Part shown: in pieces, positions 28,366 to 39,199 of the stretch | How positions within the stretch are numbered: the first letter of the stretch is position 1 | How the letters are laid out: each line of letters opens with the position of its first letter | DNA from: Candidatus Limnocylindrales bacterium | Lineage (GTDB): Bacteria > Chloroflexota > Limnocylindria > Limnocylindrales > CSP1-4 | Assembly: GCA_038245515.1 (NCBI GenBank) | Contig: JBBRSJ010000003.1 | Coordinates: forward strand, 25,921 to 89,920 | DNA length: 64,000 nt | Direction: 5' to 3' | Program-made: the position numbers and the translations under genes | Notes under the pieces: model-generated | The model's database searches: none | What the model saw: only the letters and a program-made list of their open reading frames with translations | What the model was told of the DNA's origin: nothing

Positions 28366-31300
28366 CGGCCAGCCCTCCGATGCGCGGCCGGCGCGGCCGT
28401 GACCGGCGTCTCGCGGCATCGGCTACCGGCTCGTCGGGGAGTGGGGCGGGCCCCGGCCGGCGCCAGCCGGACCTGTCAGCGCTCCTGGACCTTCTCGCGG
28501 GAACGGGCTCGTTCGCGACCCTCCGCGAGCGCCTCACGGCCCCGGCGGCCGCAGCCGGGCGCGCCAACGAGAACGGCTCCACGTCGCCGCGGAGTCGGAC
28601 CGCCCGTCACGTCGGCCTCAGCTCGGTCCCGCACGGCGCCAAGACGTATCTTGCCGCCACGCTCGCCCGGGCGAAGGACGGCGAGCGCCTCGTCTGGATC
28701 GCGCGGGATGCTGAGATCGGCGATCGCGTCGCCGAGGAGGTCGGGGCGTGGCTCGGCGATCCCGGCGCCGTCGCCGTCCTCGAGCCTCGGACGGCCCTCG
28801 CCTACGAGCGGAGCGAGCTCGTCGCCGACGAGACGGCCGCCCGCGTCGCCGCGTTGTCCGCCTGGCGGCGCGGCGAGGCCCGGATCCTCGTGGCCAGCGT
28901 CCAGGCCCTCCTCCAGCACACGATCGCGCCTGAGGACCTCCCGGCCGAGCCGCGTCGGCTCCACGTCAACGCCCGGCTCCGGCCCGAGGCGCTCCTGCGC
29001 GAGCTGCTCGGACTCGGCTACGTTCCGAGCCCCGAGGTCGCCGGTCGCGGCGAGTTCGCCCGGCGCGGAGGGATCGTCGACATCTTCCCGCCATCCGCGT
29101 CGCTGCCGATCCGGGTCGAGTTCTTCGGCGACGAGGTCGACTCCCTGCGCTCTTTCGACCCGACCGACCAGCGCACCGTCCGCGCCGTGGAGGAGGCGAT
29201 CCTCCTGCCGGCATCGGAGTTCCTCGCTCCGGCCAGCGGCTCGGCGGCGATCCGGGCATCCCTCGGCCGGGCCGCGGGCAAGTTGCCGGAACGGCTGGCC
29301 GCCGATCTTGCCCGGTTCGATGGGGCCGGATCGGGGGATGCGCCCGGCGCACCGTTCGGGACCGATCGCGATGGCGTTGCCGATGCCACCGCCCGCGCGC
29401 TCCCGATCGGCGACGCCGCCGAGGTCTGGGCCGCCCAGCTCGCCCCGGCGACCGGCTTCGACCACCTCGACCCGGCGACCCTCCTCGTCCTCGACGAGCC
29501 CGGGGACATCGCCGAGGCGGCGGACTTCCTGTGGCGCCAGGCGGACGAGCGGCGAGCCGAGCTGGTCGAGAGCGGCGAGCTGCCGAAGGACTGGCCGTCG
29601 ACGTATCTCGGGCGGCGCGACTGGAAGACCCGCCTCGTGGCCGGTCGGACGCTCGAGCTGACCTGGGAGTCCGAGGTGCCCGCGACCTCGGCCCTCGCCG
29701 CCAGCGGCCTCAGCTCCGGCGACGTATTCGGGTGGCGCGAGCCGCAGCTGCCGGTGACGCGGGCGGCGGCGATCGCCGCCGCGGTCGAGCGCTGGCAGGC
29801 CGACGGCGGGCGGATCGTGCTGGCAAGCGACCAGGCGGCGCGCCTGGCCGAGCTGCTCGAGGAGGGTGGCCATCCGGTGGCCGTGGTGCACGCCCCCGAG
29901 CCACCGCCGCCGGGCGCCATCGCCGTGGTCGAGCGGAGCCTCAACGGTGGTTTCGCGGGCGGTCCCGACGGCCTCGTGTTCGTGACCGACCGGGAGCTGT
30001 TCGGCAGCGTCCGGGTCCGGCGGCCGAAGGCGATGCGTCGGGTCGTGCCGCGCGACATCCTCGAGCGCCTGACCCCGGGCGACCTCGTCGTCCACATCGA
30101 CCACGGCGTCGCCCGCTACGAGCGGATGCTCCGGCGTGGCAACAAGGCCGACGGCGAGGACCGCGACTACCTCGAGCTGAGCTTCGCGGGCTCCGACAAG
30201 ATCTTCGTCCCGGTCGAGCAGATCACCCGGATCAGCCGCTACAGCGGTGCCGAGCATCCCCAGCTCAGCAAGCTCGGTGGGACCGAGTGGCTGCGGATCA
30301 AGCAGCGCGTCCGGAAGGCCGTTGCCGATCTCGCCGAGGAGCTCCTTGCCCTGTACGCGTCGCGGGCCAACGCCCCCGGGCACGCCTTTGGACTCGACAC
30401 GCCGTGGCAGCAGGAGATGGAGGCGAGCTTCCCGTACGAGGAGACGCCCGACCAGCTCCGGGCGGCGGCCGAGGTCAAGCTCGACATGGAGGCGGGGCGC
30501 CCGATGGACCGGCTCGTCGTCGGCGACGTCGGGTACGGCAAGACCGAGGTCGCGCTGCGGGCCGCGTTCAAGGCGATCCAGGACGGCAAGCAGGTCGCGG
30601 TCCTGGTCCCGACGACCGTGCTGGCCGCGCAGCACCACCAGACATTCGGCCAGCGCTTCGCCGCCTTCCCGGTGACGGTCCGGCTGCTGTCGCGTTACGT
30701 CGGCCCCGCCGAGCAGGCGCGGACGATTGAGGGCCTCGCCGACGGCTCGATCGACCTTGTGATCGGGACCCATCGCCTGCTCTCGAAGGACGTCAGGTTC
30801 CGCGATCTCGGGCTCGTCGTCGTCGACGAGGAGCAGCGTTTCGGTGTTGCCGCCAAGGAGCGCCTCAAGCAGCTCCGCCGCGAGGTCGACGTCCTGACCC
30901 TGTCCGCGACTCCGATCCCGCGGACGCTCAACCTGGCCCTCGCCGGCGTCCGCGACATGTCGGTGATCGAGACGCCGCCCGAGGACCGCCTGCCAATCCA
31001 GACCCGCGTCGCGGAAGCGTCGGCCGGGCTGGTCCGCGACGCGATCCTGCGCGAGCTCGATCGCGGCGGCCAGGTCTTCTTCGTCCACAACCGGGTCGAG
31101 ACGATCGAGGCTCAGACCGAGCAGCTCCGGCGGATGCTGCCGGGCGCCCGGTTCGTGGTCGGTCACGGCCAGATGGCCGAGGGCCACCTCGAGAGCGTGA
31201 TGCTGACGTTCGCGGAGGGCGAGGCGGACGTCCTGGTGTGCACGACGATCATCGAGTCGGGCCTCGACATCCCGAACGCGAACACGATCATCATCGACCG

Positions 31301-32138
31301 CGCCGACACCCTCGGCCTGGCCCAGCTCTATCAGCTCCGTGGCCGCGTCGGGCGATCTTCCCGGCGGGCGTACGCGTACCTGCTGTATCGCCGCCGCGAA
31401 CGGATGAGCGAGGAGGCCCGCAAGCGGCTCCAGGCGATCTTCAACGCCTCCGAGCTAGGAGCCGGGTTTCAGATCGCCCTCGCCGACCTCGAGATCCGAG
31501 GCGCCGGCAACATCCTCGGCGGCGAGCAATCCGGGCACATGGCGGCGGTCGGGTTCGACCTGTACTCGCGGCTCCTGGCCGAGGCCGTCGAGGAGCGCAA
31601 GGCCCTCCGTGAGGATCGCCCGGTCCGGGTCGATCGGCCACAGGCGGTCGTCGACCTGCCGGTTGAGGCGCACCTGCCCGACGACTACGTCGCCGAGGAG
31701 TCGCAGAAGCTCGAGCTCTATCGGCGGCTGGCCCGGGCCAGGACCGGCGGCGATCTCGCGGCGTTCCGCCAGGAGCTGACTGATCGCTACGGGCCGATGC
31801 CGCCCCCGGTCGTGCGGCTCGTCGAGGTCGCGGAGCTGCGCCTCACCGCGGAGGCTGCCGGCGTCGCCTCAATGTCGCGTGAGGATGGCCAGCTCGTCGT
31901 CCGGTTCGGGGAGGGGATGTCCCGCGCGACGGCGATGCGTCTCCTGGCGGGCGGCGGCCTGCCCGGCGTCAAGGCGTCGGAGGTGACCTTCGCGAGCAAC
32001 CAGGTCCGGATCCGCCTCCCGCGCGATCCGTCGCGAGCGTGGGGGCTGACCCAGGCGGTCGTCGCGCGATTGTCGGCGGATGCACCGCCGGAGGCGGCCT
32101 CGCGGGACCCTCGTCAGCAGCCGGAGCGCATGCCATGA
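28362..32138 (+). CDS. mfd: transcription-repair coupling factor Mfd
   Basis: The ATG overlaps the pth stop (ATGA). About 1258 aa with the UvrB-homology N-terminus, an RNAP-interacting region, the SF2 helicase GDVGYGKTEVALRAAF / DEEQRFG, and a TRCF C-terminal domain. Confidence 0.96.
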   Translation: MTASPPMRGRRGRDRRLAASATGSSGSGAGPGRRQPDLSALLDLLAGTGSFATLRERLTAPAAAAGRANENGSTSPRSRTARHVGLSSVPHGAKTYLAATLARAKDGERLVWIARDAEIGDRVAEEVGAWLGDPGAVAVLEPRTALAYERSELVADETAARVAALSAWRRGEARILVASVQALLQHTIAPEDLPAEPRRLHVNARLRPEALLRELLGLGYVPSPEVAGRGEFARRGGIVDIFPPSASLPIRVEFFGDEVDSLRSFDPTDQRTVRAVEEAILLPASEFLAPASGSAAIRASLGRAAGKLPERLAADLARFDGAGSGDAPGAPFGTDRDGVADATARALPIGDAAEVWAAQLAPATGFDHLDPATLLVLDEPGDIAEAADFLWRQADERRAELVESGELPKDWPSTYLGRRDWKTRLVAGRTLELTWESEVPATSALAASGLSSGDVFGWREPQLPVTRAAAIAAAVERWQADGGRIVLASDQAARLAELLEEGGHPVAVVHAPEPPPPGAIAVVERSLNGGFAGGPDGLVFVTDRELFGSVRVRRPKAMRRVVPRDILERLTPGDLVVHIDHGVARYERMLRRGNKADGEDRDYLELSFAGSDKIFVPVEQITRISRYSGAEHPQLSKLGGTEWLRIKQRVRKAVADLAEELLALYASRANAPGHAFGLDTPWQQEMEASFPYEETPDQLRAAAEVKLDMEAGRPMDRLVVGDVGYGKTEVALRAAFKAIQDGKQVAVLVPTTVLAAQHHQTFGQRFAAFPVTVRLLSRYVGPAEQARTIEGLADGSIDLVIGTHRLLSKDVRFRDLGLVVVDEEQRFGVAAKERLKQLRREVDVLTLSATPIPRTLNLALAGVRDMSVIETPPEDRLPIQTRVAEASAGLVRDAILRELDRGGQVFFVHNRVETIEAQTEQLRRMLPGARFVVGHGQMAEGHLESVMLTFAEGEADVLVCTTIIESGLDIPNANTIIIDRADTLGLAQLYQLRGRVGRSSRRAYAYLLYRRRERMSEEARKRLQAIFNASELGAGFQIALADLEIRGAGNILGGEQSGHMAAVGFDLYSRLLAEAVEERKALREDRPVRVDRPQAVVDLPVEAHLPDDYVAEESQKLELYRRLARARTGGDLAAFRQELTDRYGPMPPPVVRLVEVAELRLTAEAAGVASMSREDGQLVVRFGEGMSRATAMRLLAGGGLPGVKASEVTFASNQVRIRLPRDPSRAWGLTQAVVARLSADAPPEAASRDPRQQPERMP

Positions 32139-32398
32139 GCGAGCCCCTCCGCCTCGAGATTCCGATCGGCGACGCCAACGAGCTGGCGGCGCTGCGCGGC
32201 GCCCTGCTCGCGGCCCGGGCCACCGAGCTCGGCGAGATCCAGCGGCGCTCTCAACGCCACGGGCTCGGCTACGGTACCGACTCCGCCCGCGCCTCGATGA
32301 GCGACGAGGTGGTGAGCCTGCGCCGGCGCTGGGAGATGCTCGACCGGCTGATCACGGCGATCGACGTTGCCTCCCGAAACGACCCGACGGCGCCGTGA
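32135..32398 (+). CDS. hypothetical small protein (87 aa), translationally coupled to mfd
   Basis: The ATG overlaps the mfd stop (ATGA). Predicted helical (..ELAALRGALLAARATELGEIQRR..RRRWEMLDRLITAID). I recognise no family. Confidence 0.4.
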   Translation: MSEPLRLEIPIGDANELAALRGALLAARATELGEIQRRSQRHGLGYGTDSARASMSDEVVSLRRRWEMLDRLITAIDVASRNDPTAP

Positions 32399-32510
32399 AT
32401 CCGGATCGGCGAGCCGGTCGCCACATGGGACCGGAAACGGCGACGAGGCTGAATTCGATGAATCTGCAAGTCCCGCGGCGGCTCGATCGCGGTACTGTGC
32501 CCGTGGTCGA

Positions 32511-33138
32511 ATGGCGATCCCCGCCCACGCGACTGCCACCGACCTCGACGCCCACGGCCTCGCCGATGCGGGTGCCGGCCTCTCGCGCCTGTTCGGCGCC
32601 CTGACGCTGATGCCTGCCGTCGCGGCGGGCGAGACCGCCGCCGAGCCGTACCGGACGTTCCTCGAGGCACTCGACGTCGCGGTTTACACAACCGACGCCG
32701 ATGGCCGGATCACGTTCTTCAACCATGCCGCCACCGAGTTCTGGGGGCAGGCATCCGGCCATCGGCGAGGAATGGTGCCGTTCGCTCCGGCTGTTCGAGC
32801 TCGTGCTGGGCAACCTCCTCAGCAACGCCGACAAGTATTCGCCGTCCGGCAGCCCGATCGACGTCCTGCTGTCGGCCGAGGACGGGATGGCCCCGATCGA
32901 GGTCCAGGATCGCGGCATCGGCATCCCCGACGGCACTGCGGACGAGATGTTCAACGCCTTCTTCCGGGCGGACCGCGCCCGCGCGACGGCCAGCGTGATG
33001 GGCGTCGGACTGGCCGTCTGCAAGCGGATCGTCGAGGCCCATGGCGGGACCGTGTGGGCCCGTCCGCGCGACGCTGGCGGAGAGGTGGTCGGGTTCGCCC
33101 TGCCGCTGACTAGCGAGACGTACGAGACCGCCGACTGA
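32511..33138 (+). pseudogene. decayed sensor histidine kinase (PAS start, frameshift, internal deletion, HATPase_c end)
   Basis: Frame A reads a PAS N-terminus ..YRTFLEALDVAVYTTDADGRITFFNHAATEFWGQ. After a G5 run (32743-32747) the homologous reading continues in another frame (HPAIGEEWCRSLRLF). That frame then joins directly to the N-box ELVLGNLLSNADKYS and a complete G1/G2 ATPase end (DRGIGIP..GVGLAVCKRIVEAHGG). No DHp/His phosphoacceptor region is present. Confidence 0.65.
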
Positions 33139-33310
33139 GCTCGACGGCGGGGCGGCCGCGGCTGGGGCTCCGGCCAAGCATGGGCCTCGTGCGACGTTGG
33201 CGCCTCGCGCCGCGAACTTCCGAGCCGCGCCTCGGATTTCCGCCCCGTAGGCGCCAGTCGCCTATTGCGCAGACGCCCACGGCAGTGAGGAGCGAGCTTC
33301 ACGCTTGCGC

Positions 33311-33485
33311 GGGGAGGAATGTTCTGGCGCGTAGGCGGGTGGTTCCTGAGCGGCCAGGGATTCGGTCGGGATTCGTGCGCAACAGGCGGGAGCCTCCTGA
33401 ACGCAAGAAATCGGGCCGCGCGGGACCGGGCAGGCCACGCCGGCAAGGCCGGGGCGCATATCAGGGGAGAAGCTCCTGAGCGCAA
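33311..33485 (+). repeat. array of ~22-nt direct repeats AGGSGRG-N4-TCCTGARCGS (3 good copies + 1 weak)
   Basis: Copies are at 33333-33353 (aggcgggtggttcctgagcgg), 33384-33406 (aggcgggagcctcctgaacgcaa) and 33463-33485 (aggggagaagctcctgagcgcaa). A weaker copy is at 33311-33331. Confidence 0.5.
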
Positions 33486-33532
33486 TCACTCGTTCGCCGC
33501 GTCGCCGGACGGCTGCCGCTACCCTGTCGACG

Positions 33533-34474
33533 ATGAAGCCCTTCGCGTTCCTCGCCGATGCGTTTGACGCCACCAGTGCCCGCGAGCTCGGCGAGCGAGC
33601 CCGGGCCGCTGAGGACCTCGGCGTCACGACCTTCGTGCTGCCCGACCACCTCGTCCCCCAGCTCGCGCCCGTCCCGTACCTCGCGACCGTCGCCGCCCTC
33701 ACCGAGAGGATGCGGATCAGCGCGTTCGTCCACAACAACGACCTCCGCCATCCGGCGGTCCTCGCCAAGGAGCTCGCCACGCTCGACGTCCTGTCGCACG
33801 GTCGGCTCGACGTCGCGATCGGGGCGGGCTGGAACGAGCCGGAGTACCGGGCGGCGGGAATTCCATTCGATCCGATCAGGACGCGCCAGGCTCGTCTGGC
33901 CGAGGCGATCGCCGTGATCAAGGGCTGCTTCGGCCCCGCGGCCTTCTCGCTGTCCGGCGAGCACTACACGATCACCGAGTACGACGCCTACCCCAAGCCC
34001 ATGCAGCAGCCGCACGTCCCGTTCTTCATCGGCGGCGGCGGCCGGCGAACGCTCGAGCTGGCGGCGCGCGAGGCGGACATCGTCGGGCTGGCGCCGCGGA
34101 TCCTGTCGGGCGCGCGGGCGGACCCGGCGTCGATGACGTGGGCCGCGACCGAGGAGAAGATCGGCTGGGTTCGCGAGGCCGCCGGCGATCGCTTCGACCA
34201 GCTCTCGTTCAACGTCTACCCGTCGCAGTGGCCGATCACCGTCACCGACGATCTCCGCGGCGAGGTCCGCAAGGTGATCGACGCGGTTCGCGAACGGACC
34301 GGTCAGGAGATGACCGAGCAGGAGATCATCGACTCGCCGCACTTCTTCATCGGCTCGGTCGAGCGGTTCGTCGAGAAGTTCTCGGAGCTCCGGGAGCGGC
34401 TCGGGATCAACTCGTTCCTCGTCGGCTCACTCGACGAGCTCGGCCCGGTCGTGGAGCGCCTGGCCGGAACCTGA
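33533..34474 (+). CDS. LLM-class (luciferase-like) F420-dependent oxidoreductase
   Basis: 313 aa. ..VLPDHL..RISAFVHNNDLRHPAVLAKELATLDVLSHGRLDVAIGAGW matches the luciferase-like monooxygenase family, in the flavour typical of F420-dependent members. Confidence 0.82.
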   Translation: MKPFAFLADAFDATSARELGERARAAEDLGVTTFVLPDHLVPQLAPVPYLATVAALTERMRISAFVHNNDLRHPAVLAKELATLDVLSHGRLDVAIGAGWNEPEYRAAGIPFDPIRTRQARLAEAIAVIKGCFGPAAFSLSGEHYTITEYDAYPKPMQQPHVPFFIGGGGRRTLELAAREADIVGLAPRILSGARADPASMTWAATEEKIGWVREAAGDRFDQLSFNVYPSQWPITVTDDLRGEVRKVIDAVRERTGQEMTEQEIIDSPHFFIGSVERFVEKFSELRERLGINSFLVGSLDELGPVVERLAGT

Positions 34475-34779
34475 CGTCTGGCCCCGGCGGCCGGCGACTC
34501 ACGCGAGACTGGCATCCACTCCCTGGCGATCGGAATGGTGCCGTCGAAGGTCCCGCAGCTGGACCGGGACCCGGGGCGCTAGCGCACCAAGATCGCGCGG
34601 GATTCCGGGGCATCCTAGGGAGGATCGGTGCGGTCCGGTTGACCCGGGAGTACTGGACGCCGACCCGGACCGTACGGCAGAATTCGTCGCAGGCTCAGCG
34701 GTCGATATCGTCATCATCGAGGACCATCGAGCCGACGCTTTGATACCGGCGCGTCCATGGCCGGAGACTAGGGGACTCA

Positions 34780-35646
<867 letters not shown>

Positions 35647-35674
35647 CCGAGGTCGACCACCAGACCCGACCAGG

Positions 35675-35701
35675 GACCGGGGCGCGAGAGCGACCCCGGT
35701 C
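35675..35701 (+). terminator. stem-loop terminator after the PT-repeat gene
   Basis: GACCGGGG-cgcgagagcga-CCCCGGTC has a perfect 8-bp stem and is followed by tcttc. Confidence 0.6.
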
Positions 35702-35836
35702 TCTTCATGTCGCACCAGCCCGGAGCGCCCCCCTCCCATCCGCTACGGTCGTCTCGTTCAGACCCCGGGCCCGGAGGTGGGTCGAAAAATCCCGGGCGAC
35801 AACCGTCGCAAGGCGTCAGCGAGGAGACCCGGCGAG

Positions 35837-36907
35837 ATGACGGACGCGCGAACGACACGAGTCGGGTTCATCGGGACGGGGGCCATGGCTCGCGCCCATC
35901 TCAGAGAGATGCTCGCCCGCGACGACACCGCCGTCGTCGCGGTCTCCGAGCCGTCTGCGGCCAACTGGGCGAAGGCCGTCGAGCTCTTCGATCGCCATGG
36001 GCTCGTCGCGCCGCCCAACGAGCCTGATTGGGAGCGGTTCGTGGCCACCTATTCGGGTGGGCTCGACGCCGCCTTCATCCTGACGCCGCACGCCTTCCAC
36101 TTCGAGCAGGCGACCGCCTGCCTCGAGGCCGGGCTCGACGTGCTGCTCGAGAAGCCGATGGTCCTGACCGCCGACGAAGCGCGCTCGCTGATCGCGACCC
36201 GGGACCGTACTGGTCGGCTCCTCGTCGTGGCGTTCCAGGGGAGCCTTTCGCCGCAGGTCCGCGAGGCGTCGCGCCTGCTCCGGTCCGGTGAGCTCGGCGC
36301 GATCCTGAGCATCAGCGCAACCGCCTGGCAGAACTGGGCGACGATCACGACCGGCACCTGGCGCCAGCAGCCCGACCTGTCCGGCGGAGGCTTCTTGTTC
36401 GACACCGGGGCTCACATGCTCAACACCGTGGCCGACCTCGCCGGGGAGGACTTCGCGGAGGTCGCGGCCTGGCTCGAGGACGACGGCCACCCGGTCGACA
36501 TCCGGGCCGCGGTCATGGGTCGCCTGGCGTCGGGGGCGCTCGTCACGATGAACGCCTGCGGCAGCGCGATCCCGTCGTGTCACTCGGAGATCCGGGTCTT
36601 CGCCAGCGGGGCGATCCTGCGCACCGGGATCTGGGGCGAGACGCTCGAGATCCAGCGCACGGGTGCGTCGGGACTTCGGAAGGTCCGGGCGGTCGCGGGG
36701 ATGGCAGTGTGGGAGCAATTCCTCAACGTCCGCAGCGGGCGGATCCCGAACCCGAGTCCGCCCGAGGTCGGCCTCCGGATGGCCCGCCTCTGGGACGCGA
36801 TCCGCGAATCCGCCGCGAACGCCGGCGCCGTCGTCCGGCTGCCCGCGAGCGATCCGGCGGGCGAGCGGGCGAGCGAGCGAGCCGCCGCGGCGGCGGCGGC
36901 CCGATGA
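35837..36907 (+). CDS. Gfo/Idh/MocA-family NAD(P)-dependent oxidoreductase
   Basis: Rossmann N-terminus [18 protein letters not shown] and ..[14 protein letters not shown]. The start is at ATG 35837. Confidence 0.85.
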   Translation: MTDARTTRVGFIGTGAMARAHLREMLARDDTAVVAVSEPSAANWAKAVELFDRHGLVAPPNEPDWERFVATYSGGLDAAFILTPHAFHFEQATACLEAGLDVLLEKPMVLTADEARSLIATRDRTGRLLVVAFQGSLSPQVREASRLLRSGELGAILSISATAWQNWATITTGTWRQQPDLSGGGFLFDTGAHMLNTVADLAGEDFAEVAAWLEDDGHPVDIRAAVMGRLASGALVTMNACGSAIPSCHSEIRVFASGAILRTGIWGETLEIQRTGASGLRKVRAVAGMAVWEQFLNVRSGRIPNPSPPEVGLRMARLWDAIRESAANAGAVVRLPASDPAGERASERAAAAAAAR

Positions 36908-37620
36908 CCCGCGTGACCGTCTGGAGCGAGCATCGCCAGGAACGAACGGACCCCCCTGTTGCTGCGATCTACCCCGACGGGATCCACGAGGCGATTGCGG
37001 CCGGTCTGCGCGCGGCCGGGTTCGACGTCGGCACGGCCACGCTCGACGAGCCCGAGCACGGCCTCACCGACGCGGTCCTCGCGGCGACCGATGTCCTGAC
37101 GTGGTGGGGTCACGTCGCCCATGGCGAGGTGGACGACGCGATCATCGACCGGGTCCAGCGCCGGGTCCTCGACGGGATGGGCCTGATCGTCCTCCACTCC
37201 GGCCACCACTCGAAGATCTTCCGCCGCCTGATGGGCACGACCGCCGACCTGAAGTGGCGTGAAGCCGGCGAGCGCGAACGGATCTGGGTGATCGACCGAT
37301 CCCACCCGATCGCCGAGGGCCTGGGCGACTCGTTCGCCTTCGACCACGAGGAGATGTACGGCGAGCCGTTCGACGTGCCGGCCCCGGACCAGCTCGTCCT
37401 CGTCAGCTGGTTCGAGGGCGGCGAGGTCTTCCGGAGCGGCTGCTGCTGGAGCCGAGGCCGCGGCCGGGTCTTCTACTTCCGACCGGGCCACGAGACGCAT
37501 CCGACGTATTTCCAGCCGAGCGTCCGGCTGGTCATCGCCAACGCGGTGCACTGGGCGGCGGGTCCCCGAGGCGCGCCGATCGAGCTCGCCAATCCCGCTC
37601 CGCTCGAGGGCCGCGGGTGA
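36904..37620 (+). CDS. ThuA-like (trehalose utilisation) domain protein
   Basis: The ATG overlaps the upstream stop (ATGA). ..[50 protein letters not shown] is typical of ThuA. Confidence 0.8.
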   Translation: MTRVTVWSEHRQERTDPPVAAIYPDGIHEAIAAGLRAAGFDVGTATLDEPEHGLTDAVLAATDVLTWWGHVAHGEVDDAIIDRVQRRVLDGMGLIVLHSGHHSKIFRRLMGTTADLKWREAGERERIWVIDRSHPIAEGLGDSFAFDHEEMYGEPFDVPAPDQLVLVSWFEGGEVFRSGCCWSRGRGRVFYFRPGHETHPTYFQPSVRLVIANAVHWAAGPRGAPIELANPAPLEGRG

Positions 37621-37624
37621 CGCG

Positions 37625-39094
37625 GTGAACGACGGAACTTCCCCGGGCCCGGCGGCCGGCCCGGATGACGGGCTATGGTCGGCTGGCCGCCGGGCCCTGA
37701 CGATCGGCCTGATCCTGAATGTCACGATCGTCGCCTCGGAGGCGCTTGCCGTCGGGACGATCCTGCCCATCGTCGCGGGCGACCTCGGCGGGATCGACCT
37801 GTACGGCTGGGTCTTCTCCGGGTTCTTCCTCGGGACGCTGCTTGGGATCGTCGTCGCCGGAATGCTCATCGACCAGGGCCACCTGACACGGCCGTTCCTG
37901 ATGGGCATCGGCCTGTTCGCGCTCGGGCTGCTCATCGGCGGTCTCGCGCCGTCGATGGAGGTCCTCGTCGTCGGCCGGGTGATCCAGGGCTTCGGGGCGG
38001 GAGCAATCCCGGCCGTCGCGTACGTCTCGATCGCCCGAGCGATGCCGGAGCGGCTCCGGCCCAGGATGTTCGCGACGCTGTCGAGCGCGTGGATCCTGCC
38101 CGGAGTCCTCGGACCGAACCTCGCGGTGGCCGTCACCGGACTCACGAACTGGCGGTTCGTGTTCCTCGGCCTGCTGCCGCTGATCCTCGCGGCGGCATGG
38201 CTGACGCTTCCGTCGATTCGAGCCGTCGGCATGTCGCATCCGCTCACTGCCGGCACGGATCCGGCCGACGCCGCAGCAGCGTCGGCCGCCAAGGTCGTCG
38301 CCGATCGGCGACGCCTGCCCCTCGCGTTCGTCCTCGTCATCGGCGCCGGCCTGATCGTGTCGGGCCTGTCGAACCTGTCGCCGGTGCCGGTCGTGCTCAT
38401 CGGTGTCGGGCTGGCGAGCGGGATTCCTGCGTTCGCCCGCCTGACGCCGCGGGGCACGCTCCGGGCCGCATCCGGGCTGCCGACGGCGATCCTCCTGCGT
38501 GGCTTCCTGACCTTCGCGTTCTTCTGCGCAGACGCCTACGTGCCGCTCGCACTCCAGACCGTCCGGCACCAGTCGTCGTTCCTCGGCGGGCTTGCGTACA
38601 CGTCAGCGACGCTGACCTGGGCGGCGGCCTCGTGGTTTCAGGCGCAGCGCGTCCAGCGGCTCGGCCCGGGCCGGTTCCTGGCCGCCGGGTTCGCGATCCT
38701 GATCGTCGCTGTCGCGGCGTTCCTGCTCGTCCTCGTGCCCGAGATCCCGGCCGAAGCGAGCGTCGTCATCTGGGGCGTCGCCGGGATCGGCATGGGTCTC
38801 GCCTATTCGACGCCTTCGCTCATCGTCCTGCGTGAGGCGTCGGTCGAGGAGCAGGGCGCCGCGACTGCAGCGCTCCAGCTGTCCGACGTCCTTGGCGCCT
38901 CGCTCGGGACCGGTGTCGGCGGCGCATTGATCGCCTTCGGTGTCCGGGCCGGCAGTTCACCCTGGGAGGCCATCGCCGTGACGTTCGGGATCTCGACAAG
39001 CGTCGCTGTCGTCGGCCTGCTCCTGACCCGCCGCCTCGGCGCCAGGATCGCGGCCGGCCTGCCGCCCGGCCGCCTCGAGACCGCCCCGACCTGA
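37625..39094 (+). CDS. MFS transporter
   Basis: 489 aa with about 12-14 TM segments and an MFS-like motif between TM2/3 (GMLIDQGHLTRPF). Confidence 0.8.
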   Translation: MNDGTSPGPAAGPDDGLWSAGRRALTIGLILNVTIVASEALAVGTILPIVAGDLGGIDLYGWVFSGFFLGTLLGIVVAGMLIDQGHLTRPFLMGIGLFALGLLIGGLAPSMEVLVVGRVIQGFGAGAIPAVAYVSIARAMPERLRPRMFATLSSAWILPGVLGPNLAVAVTGLTNWRFVFLGLLPLILAAAWLTLPSIRAVGMSHPLTAGTDPADAAAASAAKVVADRRRLPLAFVLVIGAGLIVSGLSNLSPVPVVLIGVGLASGIPAFARLTPRGTLRAASGLPTAILLRGFLTFAFFCADAYVPLALQTVRHQSSFLGGLAYTSATLTWAAASWFQAQRVQRLGPGRFLAAGFAILIVAVAAFLLVLVPEIPAEASVVIWGVAGIGMGLAYSTPSLIVLREASVEEQGAATAALQLSDVLGASLGTGVGGALIAFGVRAGSSPWEAIAVTFGISTSVAVVGLLLTRRLGARIAAGLPPGRLETAPT

Positions 39095-39199
39095 CCCCGG
39101 TCCGCGCATGGGTCGCGCTCGTGGGGTGGGGTAGACTTGCGGCCGGTCCACACCGCCAGCCCGACCGTGCGGCCCGCCCAACTGGAGGAACCCTCGACG

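Noticed and set aside
28476-31187. 903-aa ORF on the minus strand.
   Set aside because: It is antisense to mfd, which has unmistakable helicase motifs. It shows the same R/G/P-rich shadow-frame composition.
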